Below are positions 50,500 through 63,333 of a DNA stretch of 64,000 nt, one piece after another. The DNA lies in assembly GCF_006345805.1 (NCBI RefSeq), contig NC_043008.1, forward strand, positions 36,580,001-36,644,000, in the 5' to 3' direction. The translations under genes and the position numbers were made by a program. Each line of letters begins with the position of its first letter. Positions within the stretch are counted from its first letter, which is position 1. The notes below the pieces were generated by a model that was not told the DNA's origin, did no database searches, and worked only from the letters and a program-made list of their open reading frames with translations. This stretch comes from Octopus sinensis. Taxonomy: Eukaryota.

Positions 50500-53400
50500 A
50501 TCATCATCATCATCATCATCATCATTTAACGTCCGCTTTCCATGCTAGCATGGGTTGGACGGTTCAACTGGGGTCTGGGGAGCCCGAAAGCTGCACCAGT
50601 CCAGTCAGATCTGGCAGTGTTTCTACAGCTGGATGCCCTTCCTAACGCAACCACTCCGAGAGTGTAGTGGGTGATTTTATGTGCCACCGACACAGGTGCC
50701 AGACGAGGCTGACAACGGCCACGCTCGGAGGGTGTTTTTTATGTGCCACCGACACAGGTGCCAGACGAGGCTGGCAGACGGCCACGCTCGGATGGTGTTT
50801 TTTATGTGCCACCGACACAGGTGCCAGACGAGGCTGGCAGACGGCCACGCTCGGATGGTGTTTTTATATGTGCCACCGACACAGGTGCCAGACGAGGCTG
50901 GCAGACGGCCACGCTCGGATGGTGTTTTTATGTGCCACCGACACAGGTGCCAGATGAGGCTGGCAAACGGCCACGATCGGATGGTGCTTGTTACGTGCCC
51001 ACAGCACGGAGGCCAGTCGATGCGGTACTGGCTACGGCCACGTTCGGATGGTTTTCTTATGTGCCACGTGCCACCGCACTGGTACCACAAAGATACAAAT
51101 TCCATTGATGTTCATCTATTTTGATTTGTTTTGATTTGATTTGATTTTCACTTGCCTCAACAGGTCTTCACAAGTGTCACAAGAAGGAAGGTATGCACAG
51201 GTGGACTGACTACGTCCCAGGTAGGGGCCATGGGTTATGGCCTGACTAGTCTTGCCGGGTCTTCGGATGGTGTTTTTATGTGCCACCGACACAGGTGCTA
51301 GATGAGGCTGGCGAACGGCCACGATCGGATGGTGTTTGTCATGTGCCCACCGCACTGACTACGGCACTGATGGATTTCTTGTGTGCCACAGGCACTGGTA
51401 CCACAAGATACAAATTCCATTGATGTTCATCTATTTTGTCTATTTTGATTTGATTTGATTTGATTTTCACTTGCCTCAACCGGTCTTCACAAGTGTCACA
51501 GAAGGAAGGAAGGTATGCACAGGTGGACTGACTAGTCTTGCCGGGTCTTCAGAAGGTGTTTTTTATGTGCCACCGACACAGGTGCCAGATGAGGCTGGCG
51601 AACGGCCATGATCGGATGGTGTTTGTTACGTGCCCACAGCACGGAGGCCGGTCGATGCGGAACTGGCTACGGCCACGTTCGGATGGTTCTCATGTGTGCC
51701 ACCGGCACTGGTACCACAAAGTGTGTACCACCAGCACTGGTACCACAAAGATACAGATTCCATTGATGCTCATCTATTTTGATTTGTTTTGATTTGATTT
51801 TCACTTGCCTCAACAGGTCTTCACAAGTGTCACAAGAAGGAAGGTATGCACAGGTGGACTGACTACGTCCCAGGTAGGGGCCATGGGTTATGGCCTGACT
51901 AGTCTTGCCGGGTCTTCGGATGGTGTTTTTATGTGCCACCGACACAGGTGCTAGATGAGGCTGGCGAACGGCCACGATCGGATGGTGTTTGTCATGTGCC
52001 CACAGAACGGAGGCCAGTCGATGCGGTACTGGCTACGGCCACTTTCGGATGGTTTTCTCTTGTGTGCCACGGCACTGGTACCACAAAGATACAAATTCCA
52101 TGATGTTCATCTATTTTGATTTGTTTTGATTTGATTTTGATTTTCACTTGCCTCAACAGGCCTTCACAAGTATCACAAGGAGGAAGGTATGCACAGGTGG
52201 ACTGACTACGTCCCAGGTAGGGGCCATGGTTTATGGCCTGACTAGTCTTGCCGGGTCTTCGGAAGGTGTTTTTATGTGCCACCGACACAGGTGCTAGATG
52301 AGGCTGGCGAACGGCCACGACTGGATGGTGTTTGTTATGTGCCCACAGCACGATGGCCAGTGATGTGGTACTGACTACGGCCATGTTCGGATGGATTCTT
52401 GTGTGCCACCGGCACTGGTACCACAAGCGGTACTGACTACTTTTTATGTGCCACCGACACAGGTGCTAGATGAGGCTGGCGAACGGCCACGACCGGATGG
52501 TGTTTGTTATGTGCCCACAGCACGATGGCCAGTGATGCGGTACTGACTACGGCCACGTTCGGATGGATTCTTGTGTGCCACCGGCACTGGTACCACAAGC
52601 GGTACTGACTACGGCCACGTTCGGATGGATTCTTGTGTGCCACGGCACTGGTACCACAAGCGGTACTGACTACGGCCACGTTCGGATGGATTCTTGTGTG
52701 CCACTGGCACTGGTACCACAAGGATACAAATTCCATTGATGTTCATCTATTTTGATTTGTTTTGATTTGATTTGATTTTCACTTGCCTCAGCAGGTCTTC
52801 ACAAGTCGGAAGGTATGTACAGGTGGACTGACTACGTCCCAGGTAGGGCCCACGGGTTATGACCTGACTAGTCTTGCCGGGTCTTCGGATGGTGTTTTTA
52901 TGTGCCACCATGTTCCCACAGCACGGAGGCCAGTCGATGCGGTACTGGCTACGGCCACGTTCGGATGGTTTTCTTGTGTGCCACAGGCACTGGTACCACA
53001 AAGATACAAATTCCATTGATGTTCATCTATTTTGATTGATTTTCACTTGCCTCAGCAGGTCTTCACAAGTGTCACAAGAAGGAAGGTATGCACAGGTGGA
53101 TCGACTACGTCCCAGGTAGGGGCCACGGGATATGGCCTGACTAGTCCTGCCGGGTCCTCTCATGCACAGCACACTTCCATAGGACTCGGTCTTCAGTCAT
53201 TTCCTTGGTGAGACCTAAAGTTCGAAGGTCGTGCTTCACCACCTCGTCCCAGGTTTTCCTGGGTCTACCTCTTCCACAGGTTCCCTCAACTGCTAGGTTG
53301 TAGCACTTTTGCACACAACTATCTTCAGCCATTCTCGTCACATGACCATACCAGCGCAGCCGTCTCTCTTGCACACCACAACTGACACTTCTTAGGTTCA

Positions 53401-55542
53401 ACTTTTCTCTCAAAGTACTTACACTCTGACGATTATGAACACTGACATTACACATCCATCGGAGCATACTGGCTTCATTTCTTGCAAGCTTACGCATATC
53501 CTCGGCTGTCACGGCCATGTTTCACTACCATGTAGCATGGCTGTACGTACACACGCATCATATAGTCTGCCTTTTACTCTTAGCGAGAGACCTTTTGTCA
53601 CCAGCAGGGGTAAGAGCTCTCTAAACTTTGCCCAGGCTATTCTTACTCTAGCAGTTACACTTTCAGCACACCCACCCCCGCTACTGACTTGGTCTCCTAG
53701 GTAGCGGAAGCTATCAACTACTTCTAGTTTGTCTCCCTGGAACGTGGTAGAAGTTGGACTCTGCACATTTCCAGTGTTTATTTCTCCTGAGCATCTGCCA
53801 CAGACAAAAACTATTTCTTAGTTAGCCTTCCTTTGACATTGCTGCACCTCTTATGTGTCCATAGCTTACACTTGGTGCACCTTATAGAGTTTCTACCTAC
53901 ACCTTTTTTACAGATCGAGCAGGGCCATCTACCTGAAGTCGTTTGTGGTTGGTCCACCTTCCTACTTATTAGGACTTTGGTTTTGGCTAGGTTGATTCTA
54001 AGGCCCTTCGATTCTAATCCTTGTTTCCACACCTGAAACTTCTCCTCCAGTTCTGATAGTGACTCAGCAATTAGAGCAAGGTCATCAGCATATAGGAGCT
54101 CCCAGGGGCATCCTGTCTTAAATTCTTCCGTTATTGCCTGGAGGACTATGATAAATAGGAGGGGGCTGAGGACTGAACCTTGGTGGACCCCAACCTCTAC
54201 CCGGAATTCTTCACTGTACTCGTTGCCAACCCTCACCTTACTAGCTGCGTCTCTGTACATGGCTCGCACAGCTCTCACTAACCATTCATCTATCCCTAGT
54301 TTCCTCATTGACCACCAGATAAGGGATCGGGGGACCCTGTCAAAGGCTTTCTCTAAGTCAACAAAAGCCAGGTACAAGGGCTTACCTTTGGCTAGGTATT
54401 TCTCCTGCAGCTGTCTTACCAGGAATATAGCATCAGTAGTACTTTTCCCTGGCACGAACCCAAACTGCATATCATCTAAGCTAACTCTCTCTCTAATTAA
54501 CTGGGCTATAACCCTCTCCGTAACCTTCATTACCTGATCCAACAGCTTGATGCCCCTGTAGTTATTGTATCTAGGGCATCGCCTTTACCTTTGTAGCAGT
54601 GACTATTATGCTGCTACACCAGTCATTGGGTATGACTCCTTCGTGTATCACCTGGTTAACTATACGGGTGACTATGCTATAGCCGACACTACCAGATATT
54701 TTGAGCATCTCTGCAGTAATTCCTGATGGGCCTGGGGCTTTCCCTGTCTTCATGCTTCTAATTGCCTTAGCTACCACGGAACTATCAACTCGGATAGCTG
54801 GTCCCTCTGTTGGGTCAACATTCGGCAGACTCTCTTTATCCCATTCATTTTCCTCATTCAGCAACTTTCATAGTGGCGTCTCCAAGCTTCTCTCTTTGCA
54901 TCCTCATTTAACGCAAGTGAACCATCCTCCATGCGAACACATTTCTCTCCTACCACATCTCGATTCTCTCTCACACACTGTCTTGCAACACGAAATACCT
55001 CAAGTCTTTCATCCTCACGGCGCAGGACATTGGCAAATTTTCTTTTATCTGCTTCCCCTCTGGCTAGATAGACCTGTCTCCTAGCTTCCCTTCTGGCAGT
55101 CTGATACACTTCCTGCTACCACCGTTCTTCCAGGCCTTCCAAGCCTGTTTCTTTTGTCTAATAGCCCTATCAACAATATTGTTCCACCACCATGTTATTT
55201 TGGGTCTTAAGGGGACTTTGCACCAGCCACAGATCTGGTCAGCGGCTTTCAGCAGGTTGTCCCTCAGAAACGTCCAGTTGTCTTCTACCCCATGTGTAGC
55301 TATACCCCCTTCCACTTCGTCAAAGGCTTCAAGTAACATATCTCTAAATCTCTGTCCATTCGCAGGGTCTTTAAGCTTCCAGACCCTTCTTCTCCATGTT
55401 GGTCGTCTTCTAGTCGCCCTCTTAGTCCTGATCCTAAAGTCACTAACTACCAGTCTATGTTGTGGGGTGCATTCTTGCCCGGGAAGGTTTTGGCATTTAT
55501 AAGCAGCCATCTTTCCCTTTTTCTGGCGAGGATGTAGTCGAT
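50500..55542 (-). mobile_element. RTE-clade LINE, 5'-truncated within the APE domain, with a 2.6-kb 3' UTR and (GAT)n tail
   Basis: Consecutive minus-strand ORFs from 55510 to 53141: DYIL...QHRLVVSDF, KAPGPSG, QFGFVPGKSTTDAIF, FVDLEKAFD, GVHQGSVLSP, LLYADD, FRYLGD, RLRWYGHV, GRGRPRKTW. Inserted in TA-rich microsatellite within the DPH5 intron. Confidence 0.95.
50676..53160 (-). repeat. nested tandem repeats in the RTE 3' UTR
   Basis: Five 62-64 bp units (GTGCCACCGACACAGG at 50681, 50743, 50806, 50870, 50932) and six larger units marked by GACTAGTC(T/C)TGCCGGGTC at about 51244, 51530, 51897, 52240, 52865 and 53140. Confidence 0.9.
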
Positions 55543-55596
55543 ATATATATATATATATATATACATATTATATGTGTGTGTGGTGTTATAGATATA

Positions 55597-55637
<41 letters not shown>

Positions 55638-55803
55638 TATATATTAAGTAGATAAATGAATTATCTTATTACGGATAATTCGAAAGATAACCGATACCTG
55701 GTTAGCAAACTCACAGCAGTCTTTCCTATACTTAATATATTATATATATATATATATATATAATATATATATATATATTATATATATATATGTATATATA
55801 TGC

Positions 55804-55878
<75 letters not shown>

Positions 55879-55914
55879 ACACACACTTATATATATATAT
55901 ATATATATATATAG

Positions 55915-56070
55915 GTATGTATATATTTGGTGGGCTTCTTTCAGTTTCTGTCTATGAAATCCATTCAGAAAGCTTTGGTCACTCCTAGGTTTGGTCACTT
56001 GCCCAAGATGCCATGCAGTGGGACTGGACCTGGGACCATGTGGTTGGAAAACAAACTTCTTACAACAGAG
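55915..56070 (-). mobile_element. SINE family A, 5' fragment
   Basis: Family head match. Confidence 0.7.
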
Positions 56071-56309
56071 CCAATGAAATAAACCAGATTAAACATAGAT
56101 TGTCTCTTCCACTATTTGTTACAAATGCAATCCATCAATGGGTGATTAGTTATTTTCTGACATTAGATGAAAGAAATGGGATGTTGAACATTCACACCAA
56201 CGTCTCTGGGAATCAAAATTGTATCATGGCTTCTGCACACCTGGTATGTGTCGCAAACCTTCAGTGGTCATCAAGACAATAGTAGATATTTTTTGGTGTG
56301 TGGGAAGGA

Positions 56310-56515
56310 AGGCAGTAAGTTGGCAGAATTGTCGGCAGGCTGGACAAAATGCATTTCATCTGTCTTTGTGTTCTGAGTTCAAATTCCACTGAGGGTGACT
56401 TTGCCTTTTATCCTTCTGGGCTCATTAAAATATGATGCTGATTGAATAATCAGGGTTTGTAATTGACTATCCCACTCCTGTTAAATTTCAGGCCTTGTGT
56501 CTCTAGTAGAAAGTA
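56310..56515 (+). mobile_element. SINE family B, diverged
   Basis: Family match; another fragment at about 57650-57800 (-). Confidence 0.7.
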
Positions 56516-57098
56516 TTATTTGGAGAAATTGTGATTGTTGCACATTTTCAAGATCTAGGAACTTCAAGTTGATTAGTCTTGTAACTCTTATCAGGATGTT
56601 GGATCATTTTGATCTTTGTACATTTGACCTTTGTACAATCATTCAAGGATTGAATACACTAGAATAGCTTCTTAGATACAAACGTGTTTAAGCATAGTAT
56701 TCATTAATTTTACAGTACTCCCACTGTCTGAAATATGAAATCTAGGAATTTACTACCTTTTCTTGATCAAGAACCATCATAGAAAAAACAAACAAACGAA
56801 AAAAACCCAAAATAATGTCTCTCTCTGTTTTGCCCAGGTTAGCCCACTTTGAGTAGGCCTACGATCAAAAACTTTTCCATTTGTGTTTTCAAGCAAAGTC
56901 CATCTAGTACTACATTATCTGATATGTCTTTCTCTTTTTCTAAAGATGCTGGAGTATGATTTGAAAGAGACATAGCTGCTATTTCTACCAGGTTGAATGA
57001 CCTTGTAGAGGGTCCCTGATTGGTTCATCAACAGTGTGGTAGTAGTGATCAGTTATGTAAAACTATCAGTTCAGTGTGGCATCACTGGAGGCCTTTAA

Positions 57099-57320
57099 CC
57101 CTTTTGTTACTGTATTTATTCTGAGATGCTCTGTGTTTCTTTCAATTACTTTAGATATAACAAAGGATTTAGTAAAATAATAACTTAGTTATCATGAAGC
57201 TAGTGTTAGGAACATAAATTGTGACCAAGGTTTGGTGGAAGATTTTAATTCAGAACTTTTGAAAAAAGACATTTGTACTAAGAGACAGAGCTGGTTTCAG
57301 CCAGGTTGGTAACAAAAGGG
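57099..57320. mobile_element. piggyBac-type MITE
   Basis: 12-bp TIR CCCTTTTGTTAC / GTAACAAAAGGG with TTAA on both sides (57095-57098 and 57321-57324). Confidence 0.85.
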
Positions 57321-58206
57321 TTAAGTCTTCAATTAATAATTCAATGGTTGAATGTGCCAGAATGATTATGTCTTGCTTTCTTTAAACTCTCAAAAGGTTT
57401 TTGAGCAAAGTACTGCAGGATAATAAAACACAGAAACTTTACAGTGCTACCACTGCTTGCAGTAGTAAGCTGCACCACACCATGTTGCTTTTATTTGCCT
57501 TGCCTAGAGTCTTCAACTCTTGATGGAGTCATTGGGGTCCTGTCATACCTTGTGGTCTTTTGCACTTAAACTTGGTAGAGTGTATCATCCACCTCCAAAG
57601 CTGACCACATTAGATCTCTTCTAGCAAGAGAGAGAGAGAGAGAAAAGAATTAACTTTAGTACTGGGTAGATATCATATTTATTAGCTTTAAAAAAGATGA
57701 ATGGCAAAGTTGACCTTGGCAGGATTTGAACTCAGAGAACAAGGAGTCACAGCAAATATTGTAAAGCATTCTATCCAATGGGTCTGATGATTCTGCCATC
57801 ACTACCTTAGTATCTGTTTACATCTGAGTGGTGTGGGCTATTCAGAATTAAATATCTTGGCAACAATGGTATTTTGGCCACTTTTATCAGGGATTGGCAA
57901 AGTGGTCAGTATTGACTGCTAGGTGACCATCCAAGGGATTGTTAAATCGATGAAACAACTTTGAGCATTAAGAGTGCTGAATTATTATTGAACTAAATCC
58001 TGAAGGAGTGCAGTAATTGAAGGCTGAAACTCTTTTTTGCCAAATATTGATGCAATAATTAATGCTCACCAAACACATATTACACATTAAAAATTCTGAT
58101 TATATATCAATATAATTTGACTGAAGTTTTAGTGTTCATTAAATATTTTCATTAAATTTCTTGAAATATTTTTTTTTATTAAAAAGCAGTAATGGCACAA
58201 AAGAAT

Positions 58207-58243
58207 GCGGTAGCGCAGTAGGCAGTGCGTCAGTCTCATAATC
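58207..58243 (+). pseudogene. 5' half of elongator tRNA-Met(CAT)
   Basis: GCGGTAGCGCAGTAGGCAGTGCGTCAGTCTCATAATC matches the D arm and anticodon arm of metazoan tRNA-Met; no T arm or acceptor 3' strand follows. Confidence 0.75.
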
Positions 58244-59050
58244 AATTGCTTTTAGATAAAGAATTTTTTTAATATACATTTTAATTATATTTTAGAAAAA
58301 TCCATGATGGGAGTGGGTTGAAAAGTTTCAATGATTCTATGAAGGGTTAATAATATAAGAAGTTTGCTGACACCCACTTTGTGTATGTATATATATATTG
58401 CTGAACTCTTGGTTGCTATGACTCCTCAGTAATGTCATGTGAGATAATTGCAACTGGGAAGGACAGACAGTCTATGCTTGTGTGTTATTGAGAACTCACC
58501 TCTATTGCGTTAGACTTGCAAGACCAGAATGATCTTTTTGCATTTACTTACACACAAAAGAAATTAATTATTACTATTATTTCATGTCAATCTCATATCT
58601 TTGCATTATTTCTCAAAGCACCCAAACAACAAGGGGTGTGAAAATCTAGGATTGTTTCTTGTGAAATTAAAAAAAAACAAGAAATGAAAAAAGAAAAATG
58701 TTTTGAACAATTGAAAATAGTGTTGGCACAGCTAAGAGAAATTTTCTGACAAGATTAAGGATAAGAGCACGTGTGTTGTGACTCCGAGTAAAAAACATAA
58801 TGGGCATGATATGCCCAATGGCATTGGTATTCTGAAAGAATGACAGTATCCTCATTTAGGAATCAAAAACTAAGCTAGAGGTTAAACCTGACATGAACAT
58901 GTCAACTAATAGCCATTCTTCATGTTGATATATGACGCTTGAATTTCTAAGGGAAGAATATTAGGAGCACCAACAGTCATCATGTCCTGTCTGACAAATT
59001 AGTAATTCATTCACTTGTAGTTGTTTTATACACACTTACTCACACACGTA

Positions 59051-59270
59051 CACGTGGGAGTGCTGAAATGTTCCTGGTTTTGGGTAAAAGAAAATACAGG
59101 AAGATCAGTTAATTATGATTGTATTCAACATATTCCCCTTCTCAGATTCACACACATATTGCAGCAGTCCTTCAGTTTTTCAAAGCCCTATAAAAAAACT
59201 CAGAAAGCTGGAATTCGAACCAAGCCTTTCATGATGCCCTTAAAGACAGTAACCTTTCAACACCCCCTCA
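59051..59270. mobile_element. mariner-type internally deleted element
   Basis: TA-flanked degenerate TIRs CACGTGGGAGTGCTGAAATGTTCC / CAGTAACCTTTCAACACCCCCTCA. Confidence 0.55.
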
Positions 59271-59320
59271 TATATATATATTTATACACACATACACACA
59301 CACACACACATACATGCATA

Positions 59321-60612
59321 TTCGGTCATCCCATAAATAATGCAGTTTTTTTTATAGTTCTTTTATTTTCCAGAATTAAGATAAACAAAGTTCTTTTTAA
59401 ATCTAAAATATACTCTCTCTTTTACTTGTTTCAGTCGACTGTGGCCATGCTGGAGCACCGCTTTTAGTCGAACAAATCTAACTCAGGACTTATTCTTTGT
59501 CAGCCAAGTACTTATTTTATTGGACACTTTAGTTGAAGCGCTAAGTTATGAGGACGTAAACACACCAACATCAGTCATTAAGCAACACTGGGAGGGGGGG
59601 GGGGCAAACACAGACACACACACACACACACATATATACAATGAGCTTCTTTCAGTTTCCATCTACCAAATCCACTCACAAAGCTTTGGTCAATCCAAGA
59701 TTATAGTAGAAGACACTTGCCCAAGGTACCATCCAGTGGGACTGAACCCAGAACCATGTGGTTGGGGAGCAAAGTTCTTACCACACAGCCACTCCTTCAT
59801 TTTCTACAATGCTCTTCCATCTATCTGGTAGACTTGCAAGGCCCGCCTTCCAAAATTCATTTGTCCGTGGCGAAAAATACTCCTCCACTACTGTTCTGAC
59901 CTCGTCTATAGATTTCATATTTTTTTCCATCCAAATCATTTTGAAGACTGGGGAATAAACAATAAGCAGATGGGGCAATGTTCAGTGAACATGGTAGGTG
60001 GGGCATCGTTTCCCATTCAAACTGCCCCAGCCTTGGCAATGTCATCCTTACTGTATGTAGCCGAACATTATCCTGATGGAAGAACACCTTTTATCTTGAA
60101 ACAAAAGATGGTCGTTTTTCATCTATCTCCAACTTGAATGACTGGTTGAATGACCAAATGTAAGCTTCCCTGCTAGTTCCCAGTTACAATGGGATTTTGT
60201 TCCACCAAGGTTTGCAGAGCATCCTTCTTGAGCTCTACAGATCTTCCAGGACAAAGCTCATCTTCAAGGCTGTAGTTTCTGGTTCAGAATTTCTGGAACC
60301 ACCATTGACACTAGCTTATACTTATTATTTGAACCCCTTATACTGCATTACTATTCCTCCCACTTTCCATTGTGTTGTTGCCTTTATTGAACTCATAAAG
60401 CAAAATATGTTGAATATGCTTCTTTGTCACTTCCATTATAGGTTTTTTTTTTAAATTACAAAATAACTGTTAAAATCGAACTGCACTCTTCAAAACTTGC
60501 ACAAAGAATAAGAACAAGGTAAAATCACTTCATGCTTTTATAGCAAGTTGATGCAGGTAGTTTATCCTGTCTCCCAATTGGAAAAAACCGCATTATTTAT
60601 GGGATGACCCAG
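59321..60612 (-). mobile_element. mariner transposon, internally deleted, with a nested SINE A (59411-59796)
   Basis: 31-bp TIRs with 3 mismatches and TA TSD. ATG at 60436 (MEVTKKHIQHILLYEFNKG); C-terminal FFHQDNVRLH...PHLPCSLNIAPSAY...LPDRWKSIVENEG. Confidence 0.9.
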
Positions 60613-61036
60613 TATATAAAAAGTAAAGTCAGTTGCCACATCAAAGTGGCTGTTTCCTGTTATTATTAGTTTAACCCCAGGCAGATTCTATGCCAACTGG
60701 TTATCGGTGTGACTCTGCACCCTTTATATGCAATATATTGTTAGCAGCAGGAGCGAACCTCCTACCACCTTCTACCAGGTAACAGGATCGTGAGACTGAA
60801 TCAGCTTCAAACTTCTTAGTATAGTTACTACTCTATCTCTTCTTGAGATCTTACAACTAGCTATTACCAGCGTTGCCTTATTGGCACTTTGCCGGTGTAC
60901 AAGTGACACGTAAAAATAAAAAAAATATATATGTGTGTGTGTGAGTGTGTGTATGTTTACACACACACACATATATATACGTATATACCTATATAGTCCA
61001 ACCCATGTCAACATGGAAAACATGCATTAAAGGATT

Positions 61037-61328
61037 TTTGTGAGTGGATTTGGTAGACAGAAACTGAAAAAAGCCCCTCATATACATGTATATATATATA
61101 TATATGTGTGTGTATATGTTTGTGTGTCTGTGTTTGTCCCCCCAACATCGCTTGACAACCGATGCTGGTGTGTTTACATTCCCATAACTTAGCGGTTTGG
61201 CAAAAGAGACCGATAGAATAAGTACTAGGCTTCCAAAGAATAAGTCCTGGGGTCGATTTGCTTGACTAAAGGCAGTGCTCCAGCATGGCCTCAGTCAAAT
61301 GACTGAAACAAGTAAAAGAGTAAAAGAG
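61037..61328 (+). mobile_element. SINE family A, 3' part
   Basis: Family match with the AAAGAGT tail. Confidence 0.85.
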
Positions 61329-62514
61329 TATATATTATATATAAGACAGGCTTCTGCAGAGTTTCATCAACCAATTTTCACGAAGTATTGGTTTACTCAA
61401 GAATGTACCAAAAGATACTGCTAAGTTACATCATAGTGAGATTGAACTTGATAACACATTGTTATGAAGCTGACATCGTAACCACACAGTAATTCTTATA
61501 ACTAAGAATTGAAACAGACCCATATAGAAGCAGATGGAAGCTTACATTTTAAGCCAAACAGGAACTTACCGAATTACATTCAACTACGTGAATAGATTTA
61601 ACCAATAAATTGTGCCCTCTTTTGGCTTTGTTTTTTTTTTTTGCGTTTTTGCTCACAAGCATGTTCCCTGAGGGTGAGTCAACTGATAATGTTTGGGGAA
61701 AGATTAACAAGTGTACGTGTGTGGGTGAACAGGGCATGAGTATTAACTGATAATAAGTACTCTTGCACTTGACTTGAAATATTGCATAATTGTGGTGTAA
61801 TAAGTCAAGAGATAATGTCTCTTGAGAAAGGTAATCCAGTGCAGCGTTGCATGATACAGTTAGCTCCTTTCATTTCCAGTGTTTGTTTATCTTCTCATGA
61901 TCTATCAACAAACATTGCAAAAAAGGAGTGCTTTTATGAATTGATGAGGGCCATTAGACAAGCCTGGGAACCTTCCAAATGATCTAAAACACAATGCAGC
62001 AGTAGGGGTTAGGGTGGTTGTAGTAGTAATATTGGTTGGGCTGAGTCCCATAATCTTCTTAATCACTGCAGATTTTGTTGTAGTGTAGGGTAACTTGGAA
62101 AAATCCGCCTGGTGGAGCACACTCATCCCTAAGCTGTTCTAACCTCAAAAGGATAAGGCAACAAGGGAACCTCCTTTGAGTCACTCAACTTGCTAGAAAT
62201 AGCAGTGAAGTAGCTCTCACGTCTCAGTTTACTTTTAAAAAATATATATAAGGATTCATTAGATAATATGGTACTACATAGAAAAAGCAAACAGGAAATT
62301 AATGGTGATGATGATATGCGGAAAATAATGATAAGAGGGTCATAGTTTAAGTACTTTTGATCATAAATCTACTAAATTACATTTAAATGATTTTTGTTCC
62401 TTCTCAAGCCATGCCTGACTCATAAGGGCCAGTTTCCCGGTTTCCTTGGCCATATTGTCTTGGGGACCAAATGTAATAGAGTATGCACTGTTAATCTCTT
62501 ACCTTGTTATCAAT

Positions 62515-62928
62515 AGGCGTAGGAGTGGCTGTGTGTTAAGTAGCTTGCTTACCAACCACATGGTTTTGGGTTCAGTCCCACTGCATGGCACTTTGGGCAA
62601 GTGTCTTCTACTATCGCCTCAGGCCGACCAAAGCCTTGTGAGTGGATTTGGTAGACAGAAACTGAAAGAAGCCTGTCGTATATATGTATATATATATGTA
62701 TGTGTGTGTGTATATGTTTGTGTGTCTGTGTTTGTCCCCCCAACATCGCTTGACAACCGATGCTGGTGTGCTTACGTCCCTGTAACTTAGCGGTTCGGCA
62801 AAAGAGACTGACAGAATAAGTACTAGGCTTACAGAGAATAAGTCCTGGGGTCGATTTGCTCAACTAAAGGTGGTGCTCCAGCATGGCCACTGTCAAATGA
62901 CTGAAACAAGTAAAAGAGTAAAGAGTAA
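62515..62928 (+). mobile_element. SINE family A, full length
   Basis: AGGCGTAGGAGTGGCTGTGTG head through to the (AAAGAGT)2 tail. Confidence 0.9.
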
Positions 62929-63333
62929 TTATCCAATCCAAGTAAATCAGTCATACTCTTATTTAAAAAAAAAAAATCCAACCCTCTCCAACCCCTATTA
63001 ATAATAATTTACTTTCCTCCAAAAAACAGTAAATAAAGTGGGTGAGGTTAGATAAAGCATCCAGACTAAAACATTAAGCAATATAACTAAATGCAATTCA
63101 GCCAAATGATTTGTCTTTGATCTTGAATGACTTTGTCTCTGGTGATTCTCATTTTGCCAACTCTAGAAGGATAAAAGCATCCATTACACTCCAAGAGTGT
63201 AATGGGTGCTTTTATATGCCATCAGCATGGGTACCATTAGCATGACAATGATATCTGTCATGACTGTGATTTTGCTCAGCTTGATGGGCCTTCTTCTCAA
63301 TCGTGACATAATGCCAAAGGTCTCAGTCATTTC

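Noticed and set aside
53040-53065. CTGCTGAGGCAAGTGAAA on the minus strand as a hammerhead core in the RTE UTR units
   Set aside because: No stem II pairing and no P1 or P3 in register.
50676-53160. Repeat array superficially like a CRISPR repeat-spacer array
   Set aside because: The intervening segments are homologous to one another, there are no cas genes, the context is eukaryotic, and it is contiguous with an RTE ORF and tail.
57783-57828. CTGATGA…CTGA as an intronic box C/D snoRNA
   Set aside because: Too short, no terminal stem, and it overlaps a SINE-B end.
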